IMG/VR virus record: IMGVR_UViG_3300025418_000011
Strand: one strand, 5' to 3'
Length of the DNA: 64,000 nucleotides
Origin: a virus
Shown here: positions 38,401-49,341 of the stretch, piece by piece
How positions within the stretch are numbered: the first letter of the stretch is position 1
Layout of the letters: every line of letters starts with the position of its first letter
Position numbers and translations under genes: made by a program
The notes under the pieces: generated by a model
Database searches by the model: none
What the model was told of the DNA's origin: nothing
Seen by the model: the letters and a program-made list of their open reading frames with translations, nothing else

Positions 38401-41278
38401 TAATCCCTACACCAGTAGGTCCAATAGGTCCTGTAATCCCTACACCAGTAGGTCCAATAGACCCAGTGATTCCAACACCAGTAGGTCCAATAGATCCAGT
38501 GATTCCAACACCAGTAGGACCAATAGGGCCAGTGTCTCCCTTAGGGCCAGTGATTCCAACACCAGTAGGTCCAATAGGTCCGATAGACCCGGTGTCTCCC
38601 TTGGGTCCTGTAATCCCTACACCGGTAGGACCGATGGGTCCGATAGACCCAGTGTCTCCCTTAGGGCCAGTGATTCCAACACCAGTAGGTCCAATAGACC
38701 CAGTGATTCCAACACCAGTAGGCCCGATAGACCCAGTGTCTCCCTTGGGTCCAGTAATCCCAACACCAGTAGGTCCAATAGGTCCAGTAATCCCAACACC
38801 AGTAGGTCCAATAGGTCCTGTAATCCCTACACCAGTAGGACCGATAGGGCCAGTGATTCCAACACCAGTAGGCCCAATAGAGCCAGTGATTCCAACACCA
38901 GTAGGACCAATAGGGCCAGTGATTCCAGTAGGACCTATTGTACCAGTTGAGCCTGTAGGCCCTAGGATGGATGCAAAAGGTCCTTGGGGAGTAGATAAAT
39001 TCCCATTAGCATCTATAAGCACAAAGTTTAAATTACCAGAAGAGTCTACGGATATATTGTATATTCCTTGCCCTGTAACTCCAGTAGGCCCTGTGACACC
39101 TACTCCTGTAACTCCAGTTTGTCCAGTAGGTCCAAGTATAGATCCGCCAGGCACTATAAATGGTCCATAAACATTATTTAACCAGTCTATATAATTAACA
39201 TTTAAATTATAATTAGCATCTAGGTATATATTCTCTATACCCATACCTGTAACACCATAGGTTGTGCTAGTGACTGTTATCGGACCAATATTTAAAAACC
39301 CCGCTACGGATTGATAGTTAGGAGACGGAGCAATGTTATTATAAACCCATACATCTACAGGCCCGGTTGTTCCGCTTGCGGGTATATAATATGCATCGCC
39401 CAGTGTTTTAGTCGGCAAGCTAGAAAGCAATGAGGAAGCCGTTAATGACCCTTTTATAGTGAATGCATTACTTCCTGCTGCACCTTGAGAGCCTGTGCTT
39501 CCTGTTTTTCCTGTTGCTCCTGTTACTCCTTGAGGGCCCGTGCTTCCTGTTTTTCCAGTTCCGCCTGTACCTCCGGCGGGTCCTGTACCTACCACACCAG
39601 AAAGTCCTATTCCCCAATAACTATATGTACCTGTTCCAACAACCTGGAAAATTGAAACAGTCCAGCTTGTGCCTGCCATACTGGTTATAATACCAACCAT
39701 ATATTGAGTAGCAGAGCGGCTGAGTATTACGTAGTTTCCTACAGTAAATGCGGTTGGTCCTGCGGTATAAGAAACTACAAAAGTTTTTGTTCCTAGGGTT
39801 AATGATAATGCTGTTGTAGAAATTACTCCCGAATAACCTGCACCGGTATACCCTGTAATTCCAGTAGGTCCAATAGGTCCAGTGTCTCCCTTAGGTCCAG
39901 TAATTCCGATAGGCCCAATAGAGCCAGTGACCCCAACACCTGTAGCTCCAACAGGTCCAGTAGGCCCAATAGGCCCAGTAGGACCCATAGGTCCAGTTGT
40001 GCCTGTTCCTGTAATCCCTACACCAGTAGGACCGATAGGCCCAATAGGCCCAGTAGGACCCATAGGTCCAGTTGTGCCTGTTCCAGTAATTCCGGTAGGT
40101 CCAACAGGTCCAGTAATTCCAATAGGCCCAGTAGGACCCATAGGTCCAGTTGTGCCTGTTCCTGTAATCCCAGTAGCTCCAACAGGTCCAGTAGGCCCAA
40201 TAGGCCCAGTAGGACCCATAGGTCCAGTAATCCCAACACCAGTAGGACCGATAGGCCCAATAGAGCCAGTAATTCCAGTAGGTCCAATAGGACCCATAGG
40301 TCCAGTTGTGCCTGTTCCAGTAATTCCGGTAGGTCCAACAGGTCCAGTAATTCCAATAGGCCCAGTAGGACCCATAGGTCCAGTTGTGCCTGTTCCAGTA
40401 ATTCCGGCAGGTCCGATAGGACCAGTTGAGCCCGTTGGACCAATATCACCAATAGGTCCTGTGGGTCCCCGTATAAGTCCGACATCATCAAAACCATATT
40501 GGCCTCTAGGATTTGCAGTATACACCCATAGATGGCCTGCAATTAAATATGCATCGCCTAGTTGAGGATTACTTAAACCTGCAAGATAAGATAAATCAGG
40601 TAGAGTGGCTCTGATGGTGATTGATGTGCCTGCAGGTCCGGTAGATCCAGTAGGTCCTGTAGCTCCAACATATCCAGTTGCTCCGGTCGATCCTGTTGCT
40701 CCTGTTGATCCTGTAACACTAACGCCAGTGGCTCCCGTGACTCCCTTGCTTCCGGTAGAGCCTGCAGATCCAGTTGCCCCTGTAGATCCTGTAATTCCAG
40801 AAGTAATTGAAACTATTTCCCAGCCGTTAGTAGTTCTTACATATTGCCCGGCATCAGTAACATCGTTAACCGTAGCCATACTCCCTAACCCGGAAATATC
40901 ACTAAAAGATAATGTAACATCTCCCGTATGTCCGGCAACAGATGTGACTGAACTGTTGTTACCTAAAAAATTAGGAAGTTGAGTCCAATATGTGACTAAA
41001 TCACCATTTGGTAAATACCCATCAACATCTCTAGTATTCTGATTTCCTGACCAATATCGCCAGTATGTATTAGGGTAGTTTGTGCCTCCCACCACATACA
41101 CAATCATACCATCACTCAGCATTTTGCCAGGGATATCAGTTAAGTCATCTCCTGAATTTCCTGATATACTTCTTAAGCTTCCTCTTAAATCCGTATCAAG
41201 CACCACAGGGTCAAGACCATTAATGCTTACAATGGTTCCTGGAATGCTAAGTGCCTGTAGTCCTGTTAAATCGTCCAT
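35456..41278 (-). CDS. giant collagen-like tail fibre protein (1940 aa)
   Basis: Multiple Gly-X-Thr tracts, foldon-like motifs, C-terminal AYNAL...TTLYII motif. Confidence 0.85.
38230..38930. repeat. 33-bp coding tandem repeat ([11 protein letters not shown] units)
   Basis: Many degenerate copies of ccagtaatcccaacaccagtaggtccaataggt. Confidence 0.9.
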
Positions 41279-41279
41279 T

Positions 41280-44200
41280 TTACAATACGTAGAAAGTTAT
41301 AGTAGCGTTAGCTACCACCCTTATAGAGTAGAAGTTATAGTAGCATTGACCGTAAGAAGAATTCAAGTTAGAACCTAACGACTTATTCATATAACTTGTA
41401 ACTGTAGGTTGTTTTGGGCCAAACACAGGTAAAATCACCCAAAAGGAAGGTTGTATTGCCGAGGATGGAACGGCCCACCAAATAAATTCATCTTTATTGT
41501 TTGGAAGAGAATTTGTTATGTTTGTATTTGATAACGTTCTAGAGCCGTCGCTTAAAACATTAACAGGGTACGAAGAGTATTGTACGTTATTAGAATAATC
41601 CTGAAGTCCTGCTTGTGCATAGCTCACAGCCTGGTCTATGCTGTTTGATGTTGGTAATGTGAAATAAAATGATGGATATAATTTATTGTTAAAAGTAGCA
41701 TCATTATAATCATTAAGAGATATAGATTTAACAACAGAAGTCTGGCTGGGGCTAAAGTTGGCTTGAGGTAACCCATACAGATAATAATTACCATTAGCTA
41801 AAGAAGAAAGAGTTTGATTTGTAGGAGATAATCCTATGGTTTTTGGGGGGTTAGATATTGTGAATGTTCCTACGGTGTTTAAAAATGTAAAATTACTTTC
41901 TGAAGGACCAACAAGAAAACTAATTATTTGCTGTCCTGAAGTTATGTCTAAATTTTTCTGAGCAATACCAAACCAGAATGTTTTTGTATCTCCGGAGGAG
42001 TTTGTAACAGCTTGGTCTATATTTTTATGCGCAGGGTCTCCTGGAACTAAATTACCTGTTAAAGAAGTACCATTAACAAGATCTGAGTTTGCTGGTGTCG
42101 TGGTTGTTATTGGGAGAAATATATAAAAAGATGGGTACAAATAATAATCAAATCCAAAACCCTGGTAGTCGTTTAAAGACACCGATTTAACAACTAATGT
42201 TTGGGAGGCAGAGAAATTAGCTCCTGTTAAACCATAAAGATAATATCTTCCATCAATTAATGAAGATAAAGTTCCGCTTGTGGGGTGTAATCCTAGTGTA
42301 ACAGGACTATTAGGAGATTGGAAATTTCCTGTGAGGTTTAGGAATATAAAATTATTTTCTGAAGGACCTACGAAGAAAGTAACAATATTATTTCCAGAGG
42401 AATTATCTGTGAGATATTTAGATGCCCCCAGCCATAGTGTTTTATTACTACCTGAGGTATTCTGTACACTTTGATCTATATAAAGTTGTCCTGAATTTCC
42501 ACCTAATAAATTACCAGTTAAAGAAGTACCATTAACAAGATCTGAGTTTGAAGGACTGCTGGTGCTTGTGGGCAAGAAAGTATAAAAAGAAGGATACAAG
42601 TTATTATAAAAACCCGAAGAGTTAATATCGTTAGAAGAAACGGATTTAACAACTAATGTTTGGGAGGCAGAGAAATTAGCTCCTGTTAAACCATAAAGAT
42701 AATATCTTCCATCAATTAATGAAGATAAAGTTCCGCTTGTGGGGTGTAACCCTAGTGTAACAGGACTATTAGGAGATTGGAAATTTCCTGTGAGGTTTAG
42801 GAATATAAAATTATTTTCTGAAGGACCTACGAAGAAAGTAACAATAGCATCTCCTGAATATAAATTTAAATTTTTTGCTGCAATTCCAAGCCAAAATGTT
42901 TGTGCGGCTCCTAATGAGTTTGTAACTGATTGATCTATATAAAGTTGTCCTGAATTTCCACCTAATAAATTACCTGTTAAAGAAGTACCATTAACAAGAT
43001 CTGAGTTTGCTGGGGTTGTGGTTGCTGTTGGTAATAGTTTATAGAATGTGGGGTAAAGATTATTATAGAACCCGGTGGCCTGATAATCGTTAACAGATAC
43101 AGATTTAACAACTAATGTTTGTGATGGGGAGAAATTTGCCCCTGTTAAACCATATAAGTAATAATTCTCGTCCACCCATCCTGAGGAAACCAATGATGAT
43201 CTATTACTTGGATATAGCCCAACAGTGATAGGTGCGTTAGGAGATTGGAAATTTCCTGTGAGGTTTAGGAATATAAAATTATTTTCTGAAGGACCTACAA
43301 AGAACATGGCGATAGCTGTTCCTGCTGATAAATTCATGTTTCTTGCAGCCACACCAAACCAGAACGTTTGTGAGCTGCCTGAAGAATTTGTAACGGCCTG
43401 GTCTATGCTTATTGCTCCTGAGTTACCTCCTACCAAAGTTCCACTAAACGTGTTATTAACAAGATTAACTAAGTCTGAATTTGAGGGTGCATTTGTTGCT
43501 GTGGATAAAAGATTATAGAAAGAAGGATAATAAAACGAAATACCAAAAGATGATACATTTCGGGAGTTAGTAACCATAGCCATATCGTTGTTACTTCCTG
43601 TGGCTCCTGAAATTCCTGTGTACCATCCCCTGTATACATAAGAATTAATATTTATTCTAGGATAACTAGACGTATTTTTGTGTATTACGAAATTGAAAGC
43701 GCCTGAGCCTGATTGTCCTGAGCTAACTAAAGTAGATATATTTCCAGGAAAATTAGAATTAACAGAAGATAAATAATTTGATGCCGGAAAATAACCATCA
43801 TAATTACTTATAGAATAATTGTATGTACCTGAAGTATAGGGTTGTAGAAATATATTTCCGCTCAGGCTTAATGAAAAAGATAAGCTATTTGAAACATTAT
43901 TCCAATTTATTGTTGTGGATGGTTCGAGGGCTGTGTATGGGTTACCCCCGCTAACACCATTATAAAAACTGAATATAGGTGTTATTGTTACACTGCCCCC
44001 GGTCGTGGTTGTGCTGGTTGTTGTGTTATTGTACGGCAGTAGTGCTCCTGTAGCTCCAGTGAATGATTGATACCAAGTTTTACCTCCAGAGGTACCTGCC
44101 CCAAAAACCACAGAAGATCCATTATACGTCGAAACCTTAGAACCTCCTGCAAAGCTTGAAAAATTTATATATCCTGGGTTAGCTGTTACGCTTTGCACAG

Positions 44201-45056
44201 CTTGAATATATTCATTAGTTATTACTTTATCGTCCTGAACATTTACATAAAAAGAGTTTAAAGGAGTATCCCAATTTAAGGTTACACTAGGGAAATATAC
44301 ATAAAGCTTGGGAGAATAAGTGGATAGTATTAACGTAAACACACCACCTGATAATGAAACTATACTTATAGGTGCCCCATTATAAGAATTTAATGTAAGT
44401 GTTGCTCCTGTACCTGTAAAAATTAAATTTGATGAACCTGCGGGACCGGTGGGACCGGTATTTCCATCAGCTCCAGTAGGTCCGGTTATTCCTGGACCTG
44501 TTAATCCTGTAGCTCCAGTAACGCCGGCAGCTCCTGTAGCCCCAGTCGCACCTGTGGCTCCTGCAGTACCAGTAGATCCTGTTGAACCTGTGTAGCCTGT
44601 AGCTCCGGTCGCGCCTGTAATTCCTGTTGGCCCTATTGAGCCTGTTGATCCCATAGCCCCAGTTACGCCGACAGGTCCGGTAACGCCTGTAGCTCCAGTA
44701 ACACCAGTTGTACCTGTAGCCCCTGTGGCTCCTAACAATCCTGAATACTTTGACCAATATTGATCTAAATTAGATAAAGTGCCGTCGCTTCCTCTAGTCG
44801 CTGTGTTTATATACTGATAAAGAGTATTTCCAGTATATGCTATTCCTCCTCCTGTTGTATAACTTGACTCTAGGTATACAAGCATACCGTTTTCAAGTCT
44901 TTGTCCTGGAATATCTGTTAATTTATCTCCAGCAGCTCCGCTAATAGTTCTAAAACCTCCACGAATATCTGCGGAAAGCACTATAGGGGAAGTAACAGGG
45001 GGTTCCCATGTACCACTCCACGGATTTCGTGTTAACCCTGTGTAGTTAGAACTCAT
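41280..45056 (-). CDS. collagen-containing fibre/adhesin with tandem ~153-aa domains
   Basis: Short GxT tract; four YPSFY...FVGPSE...YYLYG repeats plus a divergent fifth. Confidence 0.85.
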   Translation of the reverse strand: MSSNYTGLTRNPWSGTWEPPVTSPIVLSADIRGGFRTISGAAGDKLTDIPGQRLENGMLVYLESSYTTGGGIAYTGNTLYQYINTATRGSDGTLSNLDQYWSKYSGLLGATGATGTTGVTGATGVTGPVGVTGAMGSTGSIGPTGITGATGATGYTGSTGSTGTAGATGATGATGAAGVTGATGLTGPGITGPTGADGNTGPTGPAGSSNLIFTGTGATLTLNSYNGAPISIVSLSGGVFTLILSTYSPKLYVYFPSVTLNWDTPLNSFYVNVQDDKVITNEYIQAVQSVTANPGYINFSSFAGGSKVSTYNGSSVVFGAGTSGGKTWYQSFTGATGALLPYNNTTTSTTTTGGSVTITPIFSFYNGVSGGNPYTALEPSTTINWNNVSNSLSFSLSLSGNIFLQPYTSGTYNYSISNYDGYFPASNYLSSVNSNFPGNISTLVSSGQSGSGAFNFVIHKNTSSYPRININSYVYRGWYTGISGATGSNNDMAMVTNSRNVSSFGISFYYPSFYNLLSTATNAPSNSDLVNLVNNTFSGTLVGGNSGAISIDQAVTNSSGSSQTFWFGVAARNMNLSAGTAIAMFFVGPSENNFIFLNLTGNFQSPNAPITVGLYPSNRSSLVSSGWVDENYYLYGLTGANFSPSQTLVVKSVSVNDYQATGFYNNLYPTFYKLLPTATTTPANSDLVNGTSLTGNLLGGNSGQLYIDQSVTNSLGAAQTFWLGIAAKNLNLYSGDAIVTFFVGPSENNFIFLNLTGNFQSPNSPVTLGLHPTSGTLSSLIDGRYYLYGLTGANFSASQTLVVKSVSSNDINSSGFYNNLYPSFYTFLPTSTSSPSNSDLVNGTSLTGNLLGGNSGQLYIDQSVQNTSGSNKTLWLGASKYLTDNSSGNNIVTFFVGPSENNFIFLNLTGNFQSPNSPVTLGLHPTSGTLSSLIDGRYYLYGLTGANFSASQTLVVKSVSLNDYQGFGFDYYLYPSFYIFLPITTTTPANSDLVNGTSLTGNLVPGDPAHKNIDQAVTNSSGDTKTFWFGIAQKNLDITSGQQIISFLVGPSESNFTFLNTVGTFTISNPPKTIGLSPTNQTLSSLANGNYYLYGLPQANFSPSQTSVVKSISLNDYNDATFNNKLYPSFYFTLPTSNSIDQAVSYAQAGLQDYSNNVQYSSYPVNVLSDGSRTLSNTNITNSLPNNKDEFIWWAVPSSAIQPSFWVILPVFGPKQPTVTSYMNKSLGSNLNSSYGQCYYNFYSIRVVANATITFYVL
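41700..43530. repeat. ~459-bp tandem coding repeats
   Basis: 42184-42387 matches 42643-42846 with one mismatch; offset 459 nt. Confidence 0.9.
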
Positions 45057-47296
45057 GATATTAAAAGATATAGTGCAGTGTTAGCCTGTATATTTATTCC
45101 GTATAAATTATATTTTTGACCTATTGTACCTAAGTTAACATATGTTTGAAAGTTAACAGAAACAGGCTGCGGATTACCTGAAGATGACCCTGATTTAAAC
45201 ACAGAGGGTTGTGTTACAGCTGAGCCGTCGACATTATCAACCACACCAAGCCAAAAAATTTGCTGAGCATTAACGGGGTTTGTTACTGTACCTGAAAATT
45301 GACATGTTTTATTACCTAGCCCTGCCTGATCTCCTGAGGTAGTTGTGTATACACCTGAATTAAATGTTGTTCCTGTGCCTCCGGAAGAAACTATAGTGGC
45401 TGCCGTGGGGGTTACACCAGAGGCTGTAAATAACCAAAATGATGGATATGTGAAAGACGCAGTGATAGGTTTGGGATTTGTTGATGGATTTAATGTAATA
45501 GTCGCCGTGGCTCCAGATACGTTTTTAGGTCTTGTTACTTTAGAAGTTAAACCTACGCTATCTTGACCGTTGTTTAGAGGAGTTATAGGGTTTTTTAGTG
45601 TTAACGTACCGCTTCCTAATGTACTGGATAGTGTATCTCCCGCAGTTCCTGATGTGACTGTGTGTTGTGCGGCCCCGGATAACCAGTTTACACCAACAGT
45701 ATAACCTAAAGTCGTATAAGACTGCAGAAAAGTATTTCCGGATATTCCTGTAAAATTTACATAGTTACTCACATCTGGCCATGTCACGGATATGGGTAAC
45801 GCCCAATTTGATGATGTTGCCCCATAAATATCTTTAAAATAAATTGTGCCTGCTGCTGATCCGCCTGAAGATGAATTTGAATTACTGTATATTGCTGAAT
45901 AGCCGGTTCCTCTGGTTGTAAAGGTTTGGCTCCATGTGTTTCCGGTTGCGGGAGCTGGAGATGGCCCAGGTGTTGAGAAGCCTGATAAAGGTCCTGTTAT
46001 TCCTGGACCTGTTATACTATCCACAGAATAAATATAATCACTGGTAATAAGTGTGTCATTAGTCACAGTTACAGTAAATGAAGTTATACTCTGATCCCAG
46101 TTAGGTGTGGCTGGATTTGTGGTTACACTAAAAGAAGGTGTAAATACTCCTAAGTTTAAAATAAAATTACCTCCCGATAAGCTAACGGATCGTACTGTTT
46201 GTAAAACACCATTAGAATTGTAACCCGTTAATGTTTCTGTTGTGCCTGTACCGCTGAAAACTAATCCCGATGTATTTGCAGGTAATGTTAAGTTTAAAAT
46301 AGGGTTTGATGTGCTTCCTGTTAATTGTGCACTGCCTGTAAGTCCTATTCCGGATATTGCTACATTTGAATTTACAGAAAGCGTAGGAGTTGCTCCAGTG
46401 TTACCTACGGAACCTGTGATACCAGTAGCTCCTACAGATCCTGTGGGGCCGGTAACACCAGTAGATCCAGGGTTTCCCGTTGGACCGGTGGATCCTGTGG
46501 GACCGGTAACACCGACACCGGTAGCCCCTGTTGGTCCCGTGGATCCTGTTGCTCCAGGTGCTCCCGTTGGACCTGTTGATCCTGTTATACTTGCTCCAGT
46601 TGCCCCTGTGTTTCCGACCGGACCTTGAACGTGCCCGGCATCAGTAAAACCATTATATGTACCGGTTCCCGATCCTCCCGTATAAACCCAAAAATCACCA
46701 TTAATTAGATAACTATCGCCTAATACATTTCCAGTTGCAGGTAAACTGCCTGTACTTCCCAAGGATCCTTTTACGGCTACAGAGGTGCCTGCGGGGCCAG
46801 TAGCTCCAGTAATTCCAGTGCCTCCTGTAGGCCCAGTGCTACCTGTGGGTCCAGTTGTGCCTGTACCAATAGGTCCGGTAGAGCCTGTAGGTCCTGTGAC
46901 ACCTGTGGGGCCAGTAGATCCTGTTGAACCTGTTTTTCCTGTAGTTCCAGCCGCCCCTGTATTTCCGGTGATTCCTGTTGGACCTATTGCGCCTGTTGAA
47001 CCAGTTGGACCTTGTAGCCCTACTATGGATATGTTCCATGTATTGTACGTACCTACGCCATAATAATTCGAAACAAGAACAGTCCAGATGTTTCCTGATA
47101 TATTTGTAATGGAACCTGCCACATAATAATTAACAGATCCAACTATGGTAGAAATTAATATATTAGAGCCTACAGCATATGCTCCTGTTTTGTTGACTGT
47201 TAAATTTATAGTAGAATTGGATGGAGGTATGGTTATGGATGTGGCGGATGTTACTCCATCATAACCCAATCCTACTGTATTACCGAAGAATGGCAT
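45053..47296 (-). CDS. collagen-like fibre protein (747 aa)
   Basis: GxT tracts; domains shared with the two adjacent fibre genes. Confidence 0.85.
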   Translation of the reverse strand: MPFFGNTVGLGYDGVTSATSITIPPSNSTINLTVNKTGAYAVGSNILISTIVGSVNYYVAGSITNISGNIWTVLVSNYYGVGTYNTWNISIVGLQGPTGSTGAIGPTGITGNTGAAGTTGKTGSTGSTGPTGVTGPTGSTGPIGTGTTGPTGSTGPTGGTGITGATGPAGTSVAVKGSLGSTGSLPATGNVLGDSYLINGDFWVYTGGSGTGTYNGFTDAGHVQGPVGNTGATGASITGSTGPTGAPGATGSTGPTGATGVGVTGPTGSTGPTGNPGSTGVTGPTGSVGATGITGSVGNTGATPTLSVNSNVAISGIGLTGSAQLTGSTSNPILNLTLPANTSGLVFSGTGTTETLTGYNSNGVLQTVRSVSLSGGNFILNLGVFTPSFSVTTNPATPNWDQSITSFTVTVTNDTLITSDYIYSVDSITGPGITGPLSGFSTPGPSPAPATGNTWSQTFTTRGTGYSAIYSNSNSSSGGSAAGTIYFKDIYGATSSNWALPISVTWPDVSNYVNFTGISGNTFLQSYTTLGYTVGVNWLSGAAQHTVTSGTAGDTLSSTLGSGTLTLKNPITPLNNGQDSVGLTSKVTRPKNVSGATATITLNPSTNPKPITASFTYPSFWLFTASGVTPTAATIVSSGGTGTTFNSGVYTTTSGDQAGLGNKTCQFSGTVTNPVNAQQIFWLGVVDNVDGSAVTQPSVFKSGSSSGNPQPVSVNFQTYVNLGTIGQKYNLYGINIQANTALYLLIS

Positions 47297-47298
47297 AA

Positions 47299-48429
47299 TT
47301 AGGCGTAAATAAGACTATAAGAGATACCAGAAACAGCTCCCTGTAAATAAACATATTGAGAAGCTCCAGGTAAAACCGGAAATTCATAGCCCATTCCAGG
47401 ACTAAGGGCCATCGCTTGAGAGGATGGAACTGTGGCGCTACCTGTAATAACGCTCAAATAAAGATTTCCTGCGGTTCCTGTATTTTGAATTACTAACATA
47501 TTAGACACGCTTGTGCCGGCAATAGCCTGAGCTCCACCTGGGGTTGTAACCGCCGTTCCCCCGGTAGTTGTTATGTTTCCTATAGGTATAGCGGAAGTTA
47601 TATTCCCACCCACGATTGACTCATACATTGGCGCATTAGATGAAGCCCCTAACCCTCCGTTGTTGGTTGAGAGATAGACAGACCCTATCGTTGCGGTTCC
47701 TCCAGCGAGAGCAACGGAACCACCCAGAAGCGAAGTTGTTAAATTACCTAAAGAATCTGTTTGTACATTTGTAGGTGTGCCATTGTGGTTCGCCGTTAAA
47801 GATACAGGTTGATTACTTTGATAAAAGTTACCAGAAACAGGTAAAGTACAATTGGCTGCTGACAACGTGACATTCCCCGCACTACTTAAGCTCTGTCCTG
47901 GAGCTAATGTTGCGTTTGTAGCTAAGGCTATTTCTGAGTTAGCTATATCTATTTTTAAATTTCCACTAACATCTGATTGGAGTGGATTTGTTGTTCCTCC
48001 GGTCAGTGTGGGTTTAAAAGTATTGTATACGGCAGCACTAGTTGCATTTATTGTGCCTGCAGCAACATTAACATTTAAATTACCGTGCTGATCTGCTTGT
48101 AGTGGGTTATTTGTGGAGCCGGCTAAAAGTGTTGGCGCGGTAGAACTATATGTGGTTACTGTGTTTGTTTGAATAACCCCATCATCATAAGAAATTGTAA
48201 ATTTAGAATAGTTTGTTAATCCTAAATAACTTGGAGGAGGCTGAAGAGTGAGTAACGTGTTTCCATTAGCTGTTGAATAACCAGCATAACCAACACCGTC
48301 AGCCAGCGAATAAAGTACTGTTCCTCCAGTGGCTACCAGTAATATTCTTTCAGGCGGAACAATTAAATTGTTAAAAGTTAATTGATTACTTGCCGCGTCG
48401 TAGGAATAATTTTGTAAAAATTGCTTCAT
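47299..48429 (-). CDS. putative virion structural protein
   Basis: Gly/Thr/Asn-rich beta protein in the fibre operon. Confidence 0.65.
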   Translation of the reverse strand: MKQFLQNYSYDAASNQLTFNNLIVPPERILLVATGGTVLYSLADGVGYAGYSTANGNTLLTLQPPPSYLGLTNYSKFTISYDDGVIQTNTVTTYSSTAPTLLAGSTNNPLQADQHGNLNVNVAAGTINATSAAVYNTFKPTLTGGTTNPLQSDVSGNLKIDIANSEIALATNATLAPGQSLSSAGNVTLSAANCTLPVSGNFYQSNQPVSLTANHNGTPTNVQTDSLGNLTTSLLGGSVALAGGTATIGSVYLSTNNGGLGASSNAPMYESIVGGNITSAIPIGNITTTGGTAVTTPGGAQAIAGTSVSNMLVIQNTGTAGNLYLSVITGSATVPSSQAMALSPGMGYEFPVLPGASQYVYLQGAVSGISYSLIYA

Positions 48430-48881
48430 AAAGCTATCGCATAGGCTATAGCCTGATTATTGACTCTGTTTATGGCTTGCTGCTGCAGAGTGCTAACGGG
48501 TTTATTTATATCGCTAGTATTGTCTACATTACTTAAACCTAAATCTGCTTTTGTTAAAACCACAGCACCAGAATAGCCGTTAACAGAAGATACAGGACTT
48601 TTGAGTGGTAACCATGTGGGAGGCTGCCCCTGTGCAGTTGGTACATATACGTATAAAGTGCCTATAGATGAAACATATGCAAAATCCCCAGGAGCCGCTA
48701 CAAGCCCCGCGAGTACCTGGAGGTTATCAACTTGGTGTATAGCTGCTCCGTTGGTGATGAGGGAGGGGTCTATCTTACCAAGTGCGTTAAGCACGGGTAA
48801 TTTATAGGCATCAGCTTCACCAGCGCTAGTGAAAACCGCACCCTCAACACCTAAACGAGCTAAAATTATACTGTCGGCCAT
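48426..48881 (-). CDS. tail fibre-related protein
   Basis: VSSVNGYSGAVVLTKADLGLSNVDNTSDINKPVST tail-fibre repeat motif. Confidence 0.7.
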   Translation of the reverse strand: MADSIILARLGVEGAVFTSAGEADAYKLPVLNALGKIDPSLITNGAAIHQVDNLQVLAGLVAAPGDFAYVSSIGTLYVYVPTAQGQPPTWLPLKSPVSSVNGYSGAVVLTKADLGLSNVDNTSDINKPVSTLQQQAINRVNNQAIAYAIAL

Positions 48882-48951
48882 ATCCCTATATATTAGAGAT
48901 ATATAGCCCCACTAACAAGAGTAAATTGGTCTCTTTGAAGAGACCAATCAA

Positions 48952-49341
48952 TCAAGAATTAACAGGCTTCTGAGTATTTTGCATTTCTTCGGAATCTGCT
49001 TCATCGCCAGTATTATAATAATTAATTTCTTTCTCTGAGTAGAAACCGGGTTTTATTGGAGCTTCTTCGCCTTTTTCAACCGGAGTATCCTCAACTTCCT
49101 CGCGGTCAGAGCTACTGAAAATAGTTCTCACAGAGTCGTCATAAACCTTATCAACAAGCTTCATTTCGCTAGTTCCATGCTCTCCCATGAATATTCCCTG
49201 CTTTGGTTTTGTTGTGGAGTGCTCTACACAAGTCCATTGATTTTCAGGTACACCTAGCATAATAAGTGCTTCTACTCTAGCTTCAGGAATTTCTTTTCCG
49301 CTGACTACACAATAGTGTTGTTTGTTTGTGTTATTATCCAT
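48952..49341 (-). CDS. DksA/TraR-like zinc-finger protein (degenerate)
   Basis: CVVSGKEIPEARVEAL...CVEH versus consensus CxxCGxxIPxxRLxA...CxxC; acidic tail. Confidence 0.5.
   Translation of the reverse strand: MDNNTNKQHYCVVSGKEIPEARVEALIMLGVPENQWTCVEHSTTKPKQGIFMGEHGTSEMKLVDKVYDDSVRTIFSSSDREEVEDTPVEKGEEAPIKPGFYSEKEINYYNTGDEADSEEMQNTQKPVNS

Noticed and set aside
38230-40480. Regularly spaced ~33-bp repeats resembling a CRISPR array
   Set aside because: The repeats are degenerate, contiguous without unique spacers, and encode in-frame collagen on the minus strand; no cas genes are present.
38087-40982. Long plus-strand ORFs (PVGPIGPV..., SNRSSNPNT...)
   Set aside because: These are antisense shadows of the collagen repeats with no independent support.
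41700-43530. Diversity-generating retroelement template/variable repeat pair
   Set aside because: No reverse transcriptase in the window, differences are not adenine-specific, and the repeats are in-frame tandem domains.
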